64,000 bases of DNA from Candidatus Poribacteria bacterium (GTDB lineage: Bacteria > Poribacteria > WGA-4E > PCPOR2b): positions 1,056,001 to 1,120,000 of the forward strand of contig OZ242326.1 of NCBI GenBank assembly GCA_965208325.1, in the 5' to 3' direction. The translations under genes were made by a program, and so were the position numbers. The stretch's first letter is position 1. Each line of letters starts with the position of its first letter. Shown here piece after piece: positions 39,954 to 50,106 of the stretch. The notes beneath the pieces were generated by a model. That model saw only the letters and a program-made list of their open reading frames with translations. It did no database searches and had not been told where the DNA came from.

Positions 39954-40703
39954 ATGCGGCTTGCAAACAAAGTTGCCATAATCACTGGAGGCGCCTCTGG
40001 AATCGGGCAAGCAACTGCCCTTCTGTTTGCGAAGGAAGGAGCGAAGATTGTCGTGGCGGATTTGAACGAGGAATCCAGCCATGAAACCGTAGAGCGCATC
40101 CGATTTGCGGGAGGCGAAGCCGTTTTCGCCCGCACCGACGTAACCTCAGCCAGGGACGTTGAAGAGATGGTGCAATTTACGTGCAGCGTTTACGGCAAGC
40201 TTGATGTGCTGTTCACCGGCGCCGGTATCGCAATGAGACTTCCCGTCGTGGATTTGCCGGAGGAAGATTGGGATCGCTGCATCGCTATCAATTTGAAAGG
40301 GATTTATCTCAGTTGCAAATACGCAATACCGGAAATGCTCAAGCACGGCGGGGGTTCAATTATCAATGTATCTTCAATTTACGGAATTGTTGGATCCAAG
40401 AACCGTGCCGCTTACCTCGCTTCCAAAGGGGGTGTTGCGAATCTGACTCGCGGTATGGCGCTTGACTACGCCGCCGATAACATTCGGGCAAACTGTATCT
40501 GTCCCGGTTTCACTGACACTCCGCTTGTTCGAGGCATCGTAAAAACACAGGAAGAATATCAATCTCTTGCAGAACAACACCCGATTGCCCGTCTCGCCAC
40601 CCCACAGGATATAGCCTACGGCGCATTGTACTTGGCGTCGGACGAAGCTGCTTTCGTTACCGGAATTACCTTGCCAATTGACGGAGGGTATACGGCGGGA
40701 TAA
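39954..40703 (+). CDS. Short-chain dehydrogenase/reductase
   Basis: TGGASGIG, YLASK and ICPG motifs. Confidence 0.92.
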   Translation: MRLANKVAIITGGASGIGQATALLFAKEGAKIVVADLNEESSHETVERIRFAGGEAVFARTDVTSARDVEEMVQFTCSVYGKLDVLFTGAGIAMRLPVVDLPEEDWDRCIAINLKGIYLSCKYAIPEMLKHGGGSIINVSSIYGIVGSKNRAAYLASKGGVANLTRGMALDYAADNIRANCICPGFTDTPLVRGIVKTQEEYQSLAEQHPIARLATPQDIAYGALYLASDEAAFVTGITLPIDGGYTAG

Positions 40704-40751
40704 ATTCACCCGCGCTCCATGCGTCGCACCTACAAGAGGGAATGGCTGAAA

Positions 40752-43583
40752 ATGAAATTCTGGTCAAAGCTATGCTATGCCGCGTTTCTCGCCTTGTTAA
40801 TTAACAGCACTTACAAGATTAGCTTCGGAGAACCGACAAAATTCTACATTGCGAATGGGTTAATTCACATTCTCCTTGGGGTTGCCTTGATTATCCCATT
40901 CGTCATCTATGCGTGCAGGCATTTTACCGCTTTGACTGCAGCTGGAAAAAGCGCGGTAGTCTTGCTTGGGCTTGGAGCAGTTTCGGGCGGATGCTTGATG
41001 AATGTCGGCGCGACGACACCCTATCGTTGGCTGCTCATGCTCCACATTATCACCGTGACGCTCGGCACGATTCTGTTTATCGGCGACCTGTTCTACCGTT
41101 CAAGACTGCACGCCGCTACGATTCAATTCAAGAAGGCAGCGAACACGGGAGTAGTTGTCCTCGGAATCGTCTTGCTTTTCCCATTCGCAGCGAAAATTAT
41201 CCAGCATTACCTGCCAAACCCGGACTACCTGGTCCAGAATCCGCTGTCGCCGCCAACCAGCATGTATGAGGAAGGGGGCGGTACCGACGGCCCATTTTTC
41301 CCCGGCTCTGTCGAAACATACTCCGGCGATATTATCCCAACTGACTTCTTCTTGACATCTGACTCCTGCGCCGAGAGCGGATGTCATCCCGACATTTATG
41401 AGCAGTGGAACGAGTCGGCGCACCATTTCGCTTCCTTCAACAATCAGTGGTACCGAAAATCAATAATGTATATGCAAGATATGAACGGGATTCAGCCGTC
41501 CAAATGGTGCGGCGGGTGTCACGATCCCGCCATACTGCTCAACGGCGTGATGGACTTCCCAATCCGTGAGAATTTGCACACCCCAGCGGCCCAAGCCGGG
41601 CTCTCGTGTACGGCATGCCATTCGATGGAGAAGGTGAAGGACACAATGGGCAATAATGGGTACATTATCAAATATCCGCCCCTGCATGACATCGCCGCTA
41701 GCGATAATCCAATCGTTCGGAAACTCCATAATTACCTCATCCGCCTCGACCCGGAACCGCACAAAAAGAGTTTTCTCAAGCCTTTCCACCGCGATAACAC
41801 CGCGGAATTTTGCTCGACGTGCCACAAAGTACACCTTGACGAACCCGTCAACAATTTCCGCTGGTTCCGCGGTTTTAATGACTACGACCAATGGCAATCC
41901 AGCGGCGTTTCCCATCAGGGGGCGCTGTCGTTTTACTATCCTGAGAAAGCAAAGAAGTGCACAGACTGCCACATGCCGCTTGTCGCTTCAAATGATGCTG
42001 GAAACATAAACGGTAAAGTTCACAATCACCGGTTTCCGGGCGCAAATACGGCATTGCCTTTAGTAAACAAACATGACGAGCAGCTCAAGTTAGTTACCGA
42101 ATTTCTGCAAGATAATCAAGTAACAGTCGATATCTTTGCCTTGAGTCCGGCGACGCCGATTCAACTATACGGCGATTCCAGCGCCGCTGGCGGCCCCTCC
42201 GTCTTCAGTATGACGGGGGAAGAGAGTGACGTAGGCCGAGCGGTAGGCACTGTGACAGACGTCGCGAAGATTGTTGCCCCAATTGACCAATCTAATGCAG
42301 CCGTCAAACGCGGCGATTCGGTTCGCGTCGATGTCGTGGTACGCACAAGAGGCGTGGGACACCGGTTCCCCGCCGGAACAATTGATGCTTTCGATGTCTG
42401 GGTGGAGTTGAAGGCGACCGACGAAAACGGCAAGATCCTCTTCTGGAGCGGTATGATTGAGGCAGAAGACGGAAACGGCCCTGTTGATGAAAGCGCGCAT
42501 TTCTACCGCGCTTACATGTTGGATGAGCACGGAAACCTTATCAATAAACGTAATGCGTGGGCGACCCGGACGGTTCTCTACGCTCGCACCATTCCACCCG
42601 GCGCGGCTGACACGGTTCACTACAGGCTTTCCATTCCCGATGATTGCGGGGACAAGATTTACCTGCACGCAAAGCTGAATTATCGCAAGTTCAACTGGTG
42701 GCACACCCAATGGGCGTACGCGGGAGTTCGCGATCCTGACGACACCGATTTTAAATATGGTAAAGGGTACGATGATGGGCGCTGGGTGTTTACGGGCGTC
42801 ACATCAGATGTCGCCGGCAAAATCAAAGCTATTCCCAATCTACCAATCGTCGTGATGGCTGAGGACACGGCGTCCCTAAACGTGATTGACGCCGATACCG
42901 TACCGTCCGAACCTAAAGTCATCGCTGGAGAAAATGATCGTGAGCGATGGAACGACTACGGCATCGGCCTCTTCCTTCAAGGCGATCTCAAAGGCGCAGA
43001 AGCGGTGTTCAAGAAGGTCACTGAGATTGATTCGGAATACCTGGACGGCTGGGTAAACATCGCTCGATGCCGCATTCGGGAAGGGAACATGAGTGGCGCA
43101 GACGAAGTGCTCAATAAGGCTTTTGAAATTCAGCAAAATTTGCCGCCGGAAAACTCGCATCGCGCGAAAGTACATTACTTTTTTGCCTTAGTCAAAAAGG
43201 CCTACGGTGAGTACGACGCCGCTCTTCATCAGTTGCGTTTAGCTGCCGCGCAATTCCCGCGCGACAGAAAAGTGCGCAATGAAATTGGCCGTCTGCTGTA
43301 CCTCCAACGCAAATATGAGGATGCACTGGTTGAATTTCAGAAAACCGTGGAGGTTAATCCAGAGGATTTGGACGCGCACTACAACATGATGCTCTGTTAT
43401 CGCGCGCTGAAGAATCAAGTAATGGCGGCGAAAGAAGAAAAGTTGTACCGGCGATTCAAAGAGGATGAAGCCGTCGAATCCATTACGGGTCCTGTGCGCC
43501 GCACAAATCCTTTCGCCAATATAGAGCGCCAACAGATTCACGAACATACATCCGCATGGAGAAGCGGCACCACTGGATACTAA
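40752..43583 (+). CDS. Membrane-anchored multiheme c-type cytochrome with C-terminal TPR repeats
   Basis: N-terminal TM helices; CGGCH, CTACH, CSTCH and CTDCH plus atypical CAESGCH; TPR-like helices at the C-terminus. Alternative start 40719. Confidence 0.82.
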   Translation: MKFWSKLCYAAFLALLINSTYKISFGEPTKFYIANGLIHILLGVALIIPFVIYACRHFTALTAAGKSAVVLLGLGAVSGGCLMNVGATTPYRWLLMLHIITVTLGTILFIGDLFYRSRLHAATIQFKKAANTGVVVLGIVLLFPFAAKIIQHYLPNPDYLVQNPLSPPTSMYEEGGGTDGPFFPGSVETYSGDIIPTDFFLTSDSCAESGCHPDIYEQWNESAHHFASFNNQWYRKSIMYMQDMNGIQPSKWCGGCHDPAILLNGVMDFPIRENLHTPAAQAGLSCTACHSMEKVKDTMGNNGYIIKYPPLHDIAASDNPIVRKLHNYLIRLDPEPHKKSFLKPFHRDNTAEFCSTCHKVHLDEPVNNFRWFRGFNDYDQWQSSGVSHQGALSFYYPEKAKKCTDCHMPLVASNDAGNINGKVHNHRFPGANTALPLVNKHDEQLKLVTEFLQDNQVTVDIFALSPATPIQLYGDSSAAGGPSVFSMTGEESDVGRAVGTVTDVAKIVAPIDQSNAAVKRGDSVRVDVVVRTRGVGHRFPAGTIDAFDVWVELKATDENGKILFWSGMIEAEDGNGPVDESAHFYRAYMLDEHGNLINKRNAWATRTVLYARTIPPGAADTVHYRLSIPDDCGDKIYLHAKLNYRKFNWWHTQWAYAGVRDPDDTDFKYGKGYDDGRWVFTGVTSDVAGKIKAIPNLPIVVMAEDTASLNVIDADTVPSEPKVIAGENDRERWNDYGIGLFLQGDLKGAEAVFKKVTEIDSEYLDGWVNIARCRIREGNMSGADEVLNKAFEIQQNLPPENSHRAKVHYFFALVKKAYGEYDAALHQLRLAAAQFPRDRKVRNEIGRLLYLQRKYEDALVEFQKTVEVNPEDLDAHYNMMLCYRALKNQVMAAKEEKLYRRFKEDEAVESITGPVRRTNPFANIERQQIHEHTSAWRSGTTGY

Positions 43584-43780
43584 GTACACCGGCCCTGTAC
43601 TACTAAAACGAATCATCCCATATTTGCGGCGGCATTAGGACATACATGCCGAATTCAAGAAAAACACCCTTCACTCTCAACTCGCAATGAGGTAAGGATA
43701 GATCATCTCGACAAGAACAGAATTGTGAGCGTCTGCCTATATAACCTACTGGTTGTCGCATTCCTGTTTATTGGAGGTCA

Positions 43781-44731
43781 ATGATGCTAAACGCCGGTTT
43801 TATCGGCGCAGGCCGCCGCGCGCAGGGCGGCCATTACCCATGCGTCAATCGCCTCGGCGGTGCCACCATTGTGGCTGTCGCCGAACTCGACGAAAACCGA
43901 ATGAAGCAGGTTGTGGAGACGTACGATATCCCGCGTACGTTTTCCGACTATCGTACTATGCTCAATGAAGTGGACCTCGACGTGGTTTACATCATCATGG
44001 GCGAGACGCTTGTTACTCAACCCGCCGTTGACTGCATGAACGCGGGAAAGCACGTTTTTGTCGAAAAACCGCCGGGCGCGAACACTAACGAATCCCAAGA
44101 CCTGCTAAATGCCGCCGTTAGAAATAACGTCTACTGTATGGTGGGATACCAACGGCGTTATACTGCAGTAACCCAAGAAGCCATGCGGCGAGTTAAAGAA
44201 AAGGGACCTGCAACACTCGCGGTTGGAGAGTTTCACAAGCTGTTACGCGAAGGGCCAGGCGCCACCAGCACATTGTGGAATGATGGCTGCCACGTGGTGG
44301 ATCTCGTGCGCTACATGGTCGGCAGCAGCGTCGTCGAAGTGCACGCTTATCAGGACAGCCATGCGTCAACTTGGCCGAATTGTTACAACGGTTTGATTCG
44401 ATTTGCTAGCAATGCGGTTGGAATTGTCACGGCGAACCGTTCGTCTGGAGCCAGGTACTTGCGTGCGGAACTGCATGGGCTAGGTGTTGCCGCTTATATG
44501 CAAATACCGGAACGAATGGAAATTTACGAAGCCAACAGCGGTCCGGAAATTCTCACGGGGTCACAAATCTGCGGGACAGACCCTAACGATGCAATGCGTT
44601 ATGAAGGCACATTGGAAATGCACTCGCATTTTGTCCAGTGTATTCATAACGGCGAGACGCCCTGCAGCGATATACGCGATGTCATACAAACATCACACCT
44701 CGTTGACCAGTTGGAGGGGCTGACACACTGA
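43781..44731 (+). CDS. Gfo/Idh/MocA family oxidoreductase
   Basis: GFIGAG, GKHVFVEKP, VGYQRRY and DGCHVVD. Confidence 0.9.
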   Translation: MMLNAGFIGAGRRAQGGHYPCVNRLGGATIVAVAELDENRMKQVVETYDIPRTFSDYRTMLNEVDLDVVYIIMGETLVTQPAVDCMNAGKHVFVEKPPGANTNESQDLLNAAVRNNVYCMVGYQRRYTAVTQEAMRRVKEKGPATLAVGEFHKLLREGPGATSTLWNDGCHVVDLVRYMVGSSVVEVHAYQDSHASTWPNCYNGLIRFASNAVGIVTANRSSGARYLRAELHGLGVAAYMQIPERMEIYEANSGPEILTGSQICGTDPNDAMRYEGTLEMHSHFVQCIHNGETPCSDIRDVIQTSHLVDQLEGLTH

Positions 44732-44756
44732 AAACCTGTATGAAAATTCATTTTAT

Positions 44757-44970
44757 ACAGCCCTAGAGGGGCAACAAGTGGGTAGTACCCCACTACCTTC
44801 CGTAGGCGGGGCATCTTGCCCCGCACCCGCCACCACGCCCTGTAGGCGGGGATCAAGCGACTGAATAGGGAGTGCGATAGAGATCTTCATTGCCCCGCAC
44901 AATGCTGGAGTAAGGTATTTGGTGGAATCAAGCGACCCCATAGCATCAACTGAGCGAATAGCGAAGGCAA
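44757..44970. repeat. Cluster of REP-like elements between convergent genes
   Basis: GTAGGCGGGGCATCTTGCCCCGC (44802-44824). A 38-mer (44851-44888) and a 24-mer (44945-44968) recur in the 55.4-56.9 kb array. Confidence 0.7.
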
Positions 44971-45124
44971 TCGTGAATCCAGCGCGATAGAATTTCCACC
45001 AGTTATGCCAACGCAAAAACCCAATAACGGCTTTGTCACATATTATTCAAACAAGCTCTGATAACCACGGTGCCAGTTCGGTTTACAGCCGTTCAATAAC
45101 CTCTATTAAAGCGATAATGAAGCC

Positions 45125-45925
45125 TCAAGCCAAGTATTTCCCGGGCGATCTGGTGCGTTCATATGCAGCTTCAGGATCGCGCTTAAGGATAGCCTCCGGC
45201 ACCTCATCGGTCCAATACTTCGGCGCAGTGCACGGGCGATCGTGCCATCCTAGCAACAGCGTGCGCCGCTGTGTACTGCGGTTACCACGCGCCGCATGCA
45301 GCACGCGCCCCTCACCAATGACCAGAGAACCTGCGGTCGCCGGCACATCAATGGCGTCGGGATGATCGTAAAACATATGCGGATCGCTCTCTGAAACGTA
45401 ATATGCCCCTTGTTCATGAGCGGGCGTCAGGCGGTCGTGCAGCGGAATGCGGTTGAGATGCGTCCCGGGAATCACTCGAAAACACCCGTTTTCTATGCTC
45501 GTATCCACCAGATAATAGGATAGGAATATATACTGTACCCATGGCGCCGTGCTTATCGGGTCGTTCCAGCGCATCCAGTCTTGGTGCCAATAGAGCGGCG
45601 GCGCACCCGGCGGTTTACTGAGGATAATGAATCCGCCGTGGGAATAGAAATCGTCCAGTTGCATCGCGTTAAGTACCTCCCACGTCGGTTCCCAGTGAAT
45701 TAACCGGTCAATTACCGGTTCCGCAGTGCCCCGTACCGACAGATCAGAACCCTGGTACTTCCATTCCGGAGGGTGCGCTACAGAATCAAGCAACCGGTTG
45801 GTCTCCCGCCGCAACTCGTCAAGAAAATCATCGGACAATAACTCCTCCACCACGCAATACCCATCCTTGATTAACTGGTTGCGCTTCTCAAGCGCGGTAT
45901 CAGGTTCCACGATAACCGGGTTCAC
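45125..45925 (-). CDS. Phytanoyl-CoA dioxygenase (PhyH) family Fe(II)/2OG oxygenase
   Basis: DGYCVVE, WHQD, ENGCFRVIPGTH and LHAARGNRS..RR. Confidence 0.9.
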   Translation of the reverse strand: MNPVIVEPDTALEKRNQLIKDGYCVVEELLSDDFLDELRRETNRLLDSVAHPPEWKYQGSDLSVRGTAEPVIDRLIHWEPTWEVLNAMQLDDFYSHGGFIILSKPPGAPPLYWHQDWMRWNDPISTAPWVQYIFLSYYLVDTSIENGCFRVIPGTHLNRIPLHDRLTPAHEQGAYYVSESDPHMFYDHPDAIDVPATAGSLVIGEGRVLHAARGNRSTQRRTLLLGWHDRPCTAPKYWTDEVPEAILKRDPEAAYERTRSPGKYLA

Positions 45926-46012
45926 CCTCTCATTCTGATGTTAGAGTAGCATCTCACGCGCCCTATACCAACGAAACTGTCAATTACTGTCCGATGCGAT
46001 AGTTATGTATAA

Positions 46013-48409
46013 TTATTCGCAGGATTCGCTGTCGGAATCCTCTTTATTGCCGGCTTGGATGATTCGGTGCGCAAATCCGCCGGGGGCGCAAAATTCTCGA
46101 ATGTCTTGCCCGAACAACGCCGGGGGCACCGCCCATATTGCCATACCAAAGTAATCATCGCAAGCGCGCGGCACCGCGCCGTCTGTCTTGAAGAAACCTT
46201 GCGGAAAATCCCAGGCAAAAAGATGTTCTAACACCAAGTTGCGGAGCATCTGCTCCATAATTTCCGCCGCCGCTTCTGGACGCCCTTGATAAGCGAATTC
46301 TGCTGAAAGCAATGCGTTGTGCGACGGAAATATACCTTCTGAATCCACCGACCCGGAGCTATCAATTGACCCATCCGGACGCATTGAGTTCGCAGCGCCT
46401 ACCGCTATCGGTTTGACGCACAGCCGTTCAATGGTATCCAGCACGGCGTTCAATCGGTCCGCAGGAAACACCTCCGGCAGTCCGAGGAGCGCGCAACTGA
46501 AAGACCCTTCCAACTGGTAGGAAAAAACGGTGTCCGATCGGTATTCCGTGCCCGGCGCGTTATACGTATAGTAGGATTGCGCATCCGCATTCCACAAAGT
46601 CTCCTCCATCGCCCGGCTTCCCCGGTCAATCCAATCCCGGCACATCTCGGCGAAGGTTCTGTCGCCAAGGTGCTCCGCCATCCGCTCAGCAACTCTCAGC
46701 GCGCATAGCCAATGCCCCGCCGTATACGAGGCGTTGCCGCGCCAATCCCAAGAATCGTAAGGCTGGCCCCGCGGAGCGGTAATCGGATCATATGAAACCA
46801 ACCCGTCATCGTAGACCGACTGCGTCATGTGAAAACGCATAGCGCGTTTGATAGTCGGATAAAATTCACACACCACTCCGTCATCGCCAGTCCGCTGCCA
46901 CAGCCGATCCACCATTTCAGTAAACAGGAAGCCGTTAACCAATGGGTGCGCGTAAGCAGGCATGTCGTGCTCATTTATGCCGAGTTGCAAGGGTATCCGT
47001 CCGTCATCCAGTTGATAGGCTGCTATCGCGCGAAGTGTTCCCCGCCTGAGTTCGGGGAAAAAATAGGTGATGGCAAAATCGCCCCAAACGGCTTGACAGA
47101 TGACTTCTCGGAGCGGCATCGTCCGCGCAGCTTCAACAAGGGTTAACAGCCCGTCTCGCGGATTTGCGCCCGGGAGGCGTATGTATGAACTGTCCTTTGT
47201 GATCAGGTGAAGGATGTTCACGAGTGCGTCGCGCAAGTAATCCGGCAATGTCTCGTCGGAATAGATTTCCCCCTGCCAAGCGAGCACATTCGCCAGCAAG
47301 GACGAGTGTTCATTCGCTAAGTGTTGGGCAACCTCAAGCGGACTCCTAAAATGTGTATGGTACATGTTGATTGTACGAGTCTTTGGCCAATACGGTGCGT
47401 ACCAAGACAGCACAAACCGAACTGTTTTCGTTTCGCCCGGATTGAGTGTAATGTCCGCTGCCACGGAACTCCCTAAATCCCCGCGCTGCGGCTGCGGCAG
47501 GGTTTCTGCGATGTTAGCCCATCCATTGTCACGTAGCGGTCCGCCCGCACGGACGTTATCGGCATTCAGGACGCCCAAAGCATATCCGTTCGGCACCCAA
47601 TTCTCAGAAACCGGATATCCGCCGGGAAATTTAGCGTCCGGATCGGGGCCGGGCCAACCGCCAGACCAAGCAGTAACCGCCACCCCGCGAAAAGGGCTTG
47701 TGACATCCTCACGCTGAACATCGGAGGCGCCTCGCGTTTCATCCTCGTCCGGACCCGGAAAGCTGAACGCAACCGTGCCGCGTTGCGCACGATTGCTCGT
47801 GTTTCTCAGGCGTAACTCAAAGACAGCGCCGGGAATGTTCGATTTTACCGAATCTCCCGGAATAAAGGGCGTCCACGCACGTAATCCGATACGGATGGGT
47901 GCACCAAGTTCGTATTCCAAATCGGCGACCGGGTAGTGCCCCCAATAGTGAATCTGCTGCGCACCCTTTACGCCGTCCGGGGCATCGAGACATAGCACGT
48001 AGCTTTTGTCTCCCAACGCCAGACCGAGGAATGGCAGGTCAACGTTACGAGTCTGCGGCACCGGCGTTGTCCACCAGTTCAATTTCGCCCCGGTATCCGG
48101 GTTAGCCAAGTTGTTGTAGAGAGACCAGCCGCCAAGTCGACCGTCCAGACGCAGCGTTACGTAACCGGTGCCAATGCCTCCCAACGGTACGCCGCATTCT
48201 CGAATTAAAGGCCAATGCGCTATGTGCGACGCCGTCACTTCGGGATTGCTGAATCCGGTATACGGCACGCCGCCGCCGTTACGGTAAATCACACCCACCA
48301 CCGGTTGCGCGTATCCTTGGGCGTCAAATGTCTGCCATTGCCGTTCGGGCAAGTCAGTGGGAAATAGTTCGTGATGGTGCGGGTTCCCAACGGTAGAGGA
48401 GGGGCTCAT
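46013..48409 (-). CDS. GH116-like glycoside hydrolase (non-lysosomal glucosylceramidase family)
   Basis: GVPLGGIGTG, TPFIPGD...SNIP, QPYDSW and D...SYQLEG motifs. Confidence 0.75.
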   Translation of the reverse strand: MSPSSTVGNPHHHELFPTDLPERQWQTFDAQGYAQPVVGVIYRNGGGVPYTGFSNPEVTASHIAHWPLIRECGVPLGGIGTGYVTLRLDGRLGGWSLYNNLANPDTGAKLNWWTTPVPQTRNVDLPFLGLALGDKSYVLCLDAPDGVKGAQQIHYWGHYPVADLEYELGAPIRIGLRAWTPFIPGDSVKSNIPGAVFELRLRNTSNRAQRGTVAFSFPGPDEDETRGASDVQREDVTSPFRGVAVTAWSGGWPGPDPDAKFPGGYPVSENWVPNGYALGVLNADNVRAGGPLRDNGWANIAETLPQPQRGDLGSSVAADITLNPGETKTVRFVLSWYAPYWPKTRTINMYHTHFRSPLEVAQHLANEHSSLLANVLAWQGEIYSDETLPDYLRDALVNILHLITKDSSYIRLPGANPRDGLLTLVEAARTMPLREVICQAVWGDFAITYFFPELRRGTLRAIAAYQLDDGRIPLQLGINEHDMPAYAHPLVNGFLFTEMVDRLWQRTGDDGVVCEFYPTIKRAMRFHMTQSVYDDGLVSYDPITAPRGQPYDSWDWRGNASYTAGHWLCALRVAERMAEHLGDRTFAEMCRDWIDRGSRAMEETLWNADAQSYYTYNAPGTEYRSDTVFSYQLEGSFSCALLGLPEVFPADRLNAVLDTIERLCVKPIAVGAANSMRPDGSIDSSGSVDSEGIFPSHNALLSAEFAYQGRPEAAAEIMEQMLRNLVLEHLFAWDFPQGFFKTDGAVPRACDDYFGMAIWAVPPALFGQDIREFCAPGGFAHRIIQAGNKEDSDSESCE

Positions 48410-48719
48410 ACTTATCTCCCGTGGTCGTCTTTGTTCAATAAAATTGCGCTATTTCTTAGATTAAGTATGAGGCGATTATAGCACTATTCTTGAATCCGGT
48501 CAAGAGCAATGCTCTGCATGGCTTTAAATGCAACATCAAGTCCATTTTAACCAAAATCCGCCGAACTTCACGGCCGCAGGTTGTGCCGCTGTTACAGTTT
48601 GAACAAAACCACTGTTAGCGCATCAGGTAACTGCGCCGTTTACATTTTTCTCTTGACAATTCAGGCGACCTGTGAAATTATATGGCTTTTTGGCAGATCA
48701 TTCGAGAGGAGAGAATTCT

Positions 48720-49064
48720 ATGGAGATAAATGTTCGTGAAAGTCAAGGCGTTACGGTATTTGACCTCAGTGGCAGGATTATCGGCGCCGACAGCAATCAA
48801 CTCAAGCAAGCTATAGACCAATCAATAGAGGAATCGGAAAAACCGAAACTGTTGTTCAATCTATCCGGCGTTTCAATGTTAGATAGTACCGGTCTAGGAA
48901 CCTTGGTCGGCTCTCATCTGTCGGCGTCGCGGAAAGGCGGGCGTATCGGTATTATCAATGTTGCGGAGGGCGCGCAGAGCATATTGATAATTGCCAAGTT
49001 GGTTTCAGTGCTGGAGCGTTTCGAATCGGAAGCGGAAGCAGTTGACGCATTAACGTCTAGTTGA
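48720..49064 (+). CDS. STAS-domain anti-sigma factor antagonist
   Basis: LSGVSMLDSTGLG phosphorylation motif; GAGGAG SD before ATG 48720. Confidence 0.88.
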   Translation: MEINVRESQGVTVFDLSGRIIGADSNQLKQAIDQSIEESEKPKLLFNLSGVSMLDSTGLGTLVGSHLSASRKGGRIGIINVAEGAQSILIIAKLVSVLERFESEAEAVDALTSS

Positions 49065-49213
49065 GCGCGTTTCCAAGTCGGTCTGCCATCCGGCGTCGTT
49101 GAATTTCAACGTGGTTAAGGAGTATACCGATGGGCTTATAAGAAGCGAAACCGCACGCGTAAATCTACATGATGCGAGCGCAAAATAGACGGTCGAGCCT
49201 CATCTCTTTTCCG

Positions 49214-49855
49214 CTAGACACTCAACCCCCACTCGAGTTGTTCGTTTTTCAGGTAGGGCAAGAGCAGCATTTGAAGACGGCGGTGAGCGTGGTGTAAATG
49301 CGCCTTGATAGTACCTTCCGATCGGTCCAACCGGGCGGCGATTTCTTTTAGCTGCAGCCCCTCCTGATAACGGAGATTAAAGACGCGTTGTTGTCCGGGC
49401 GGAAGTTGCCTGACTGCTCTGCCGATAATCTGTCCGAGTTCTTTCGTTACCGCTTGGTCCTGCGGCAGTGGATTGGAATCGTTAAATGTCCACTCCTCAT
49501 CGGTAGCAGCCGGCGATGTGTCAATCGGCAATATCTGGACACGTTTCTGTTGGCGAATGAAATCTATGCACTGATTGGTCGCGATTCGATAAAGCCAGCT
49601 ATAAAATGCCGCCTGTTTCTTGAACTGGGGTAGCGCTTGAAAGGCTTTGATAAATATATCTTGGCAGAGATCGTTCGCTGATTCAGGGTTGGAGACATAT
49701 TTGTAAACGACATTATATATTTTTCCTTGGTACCGCAAAACTAGCTCGTTGAAAACTTCCTTCTCGCCCTTCTGAAACCGGTCGATTAGTGCGCTTTCGT
49801 TAATGGATGCATTTCTCATTTCATTTGATGGGATGCCGCCAAATTCATTAACCAT
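49214..49855 (-). CDS. ECF-type RNA polymerase sigma factor
   Basis: DLCQDIFIKA, FYSWLYRIATN and EIAARLDRSEGTIK. Confidence 0.9.
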   Translation of the reverse strand: MVNEFGGIPSNEMRNASINESALIDRFQKGEKEVFNELVLRYQGKIYNVVYKYVSNPESANDLCQDIFIKAFQALPQFKKQAAFYSWLYRIATNQCIDFIRQQKRVQILPIDTSPAATDEEWTFNDSNPLPQDQAVTKELGQIIGRAVRQLPPGQQRVFNLRYQEGLQLKEIAARLDRSEGTIKAHLHHAHRRLQMLLLPYLKNEQLEWGLSV

Positions 49856-50106
49856 TTCGGTCTCCTCCCGTAGGAATTATGTGACACGGCTTACCTCGCA
49901 ATAAAACTGTGGCGCGCACACTGCTTCGCTGTATTTAAGTTTATACACTACACTCTCTTCAATTAGTTCCATATCTTTTGATTTAGTGTTCCCACGGCGA
50001 AAAAATTAAAGATTGATTAGCTGCAACTGCTTAGCTTCGGAAGACTTACAATATTCTGCGGCGCAGGTTCCGGAAATGCGGCTCGCACCACTGAATCATC
50101 TATATC

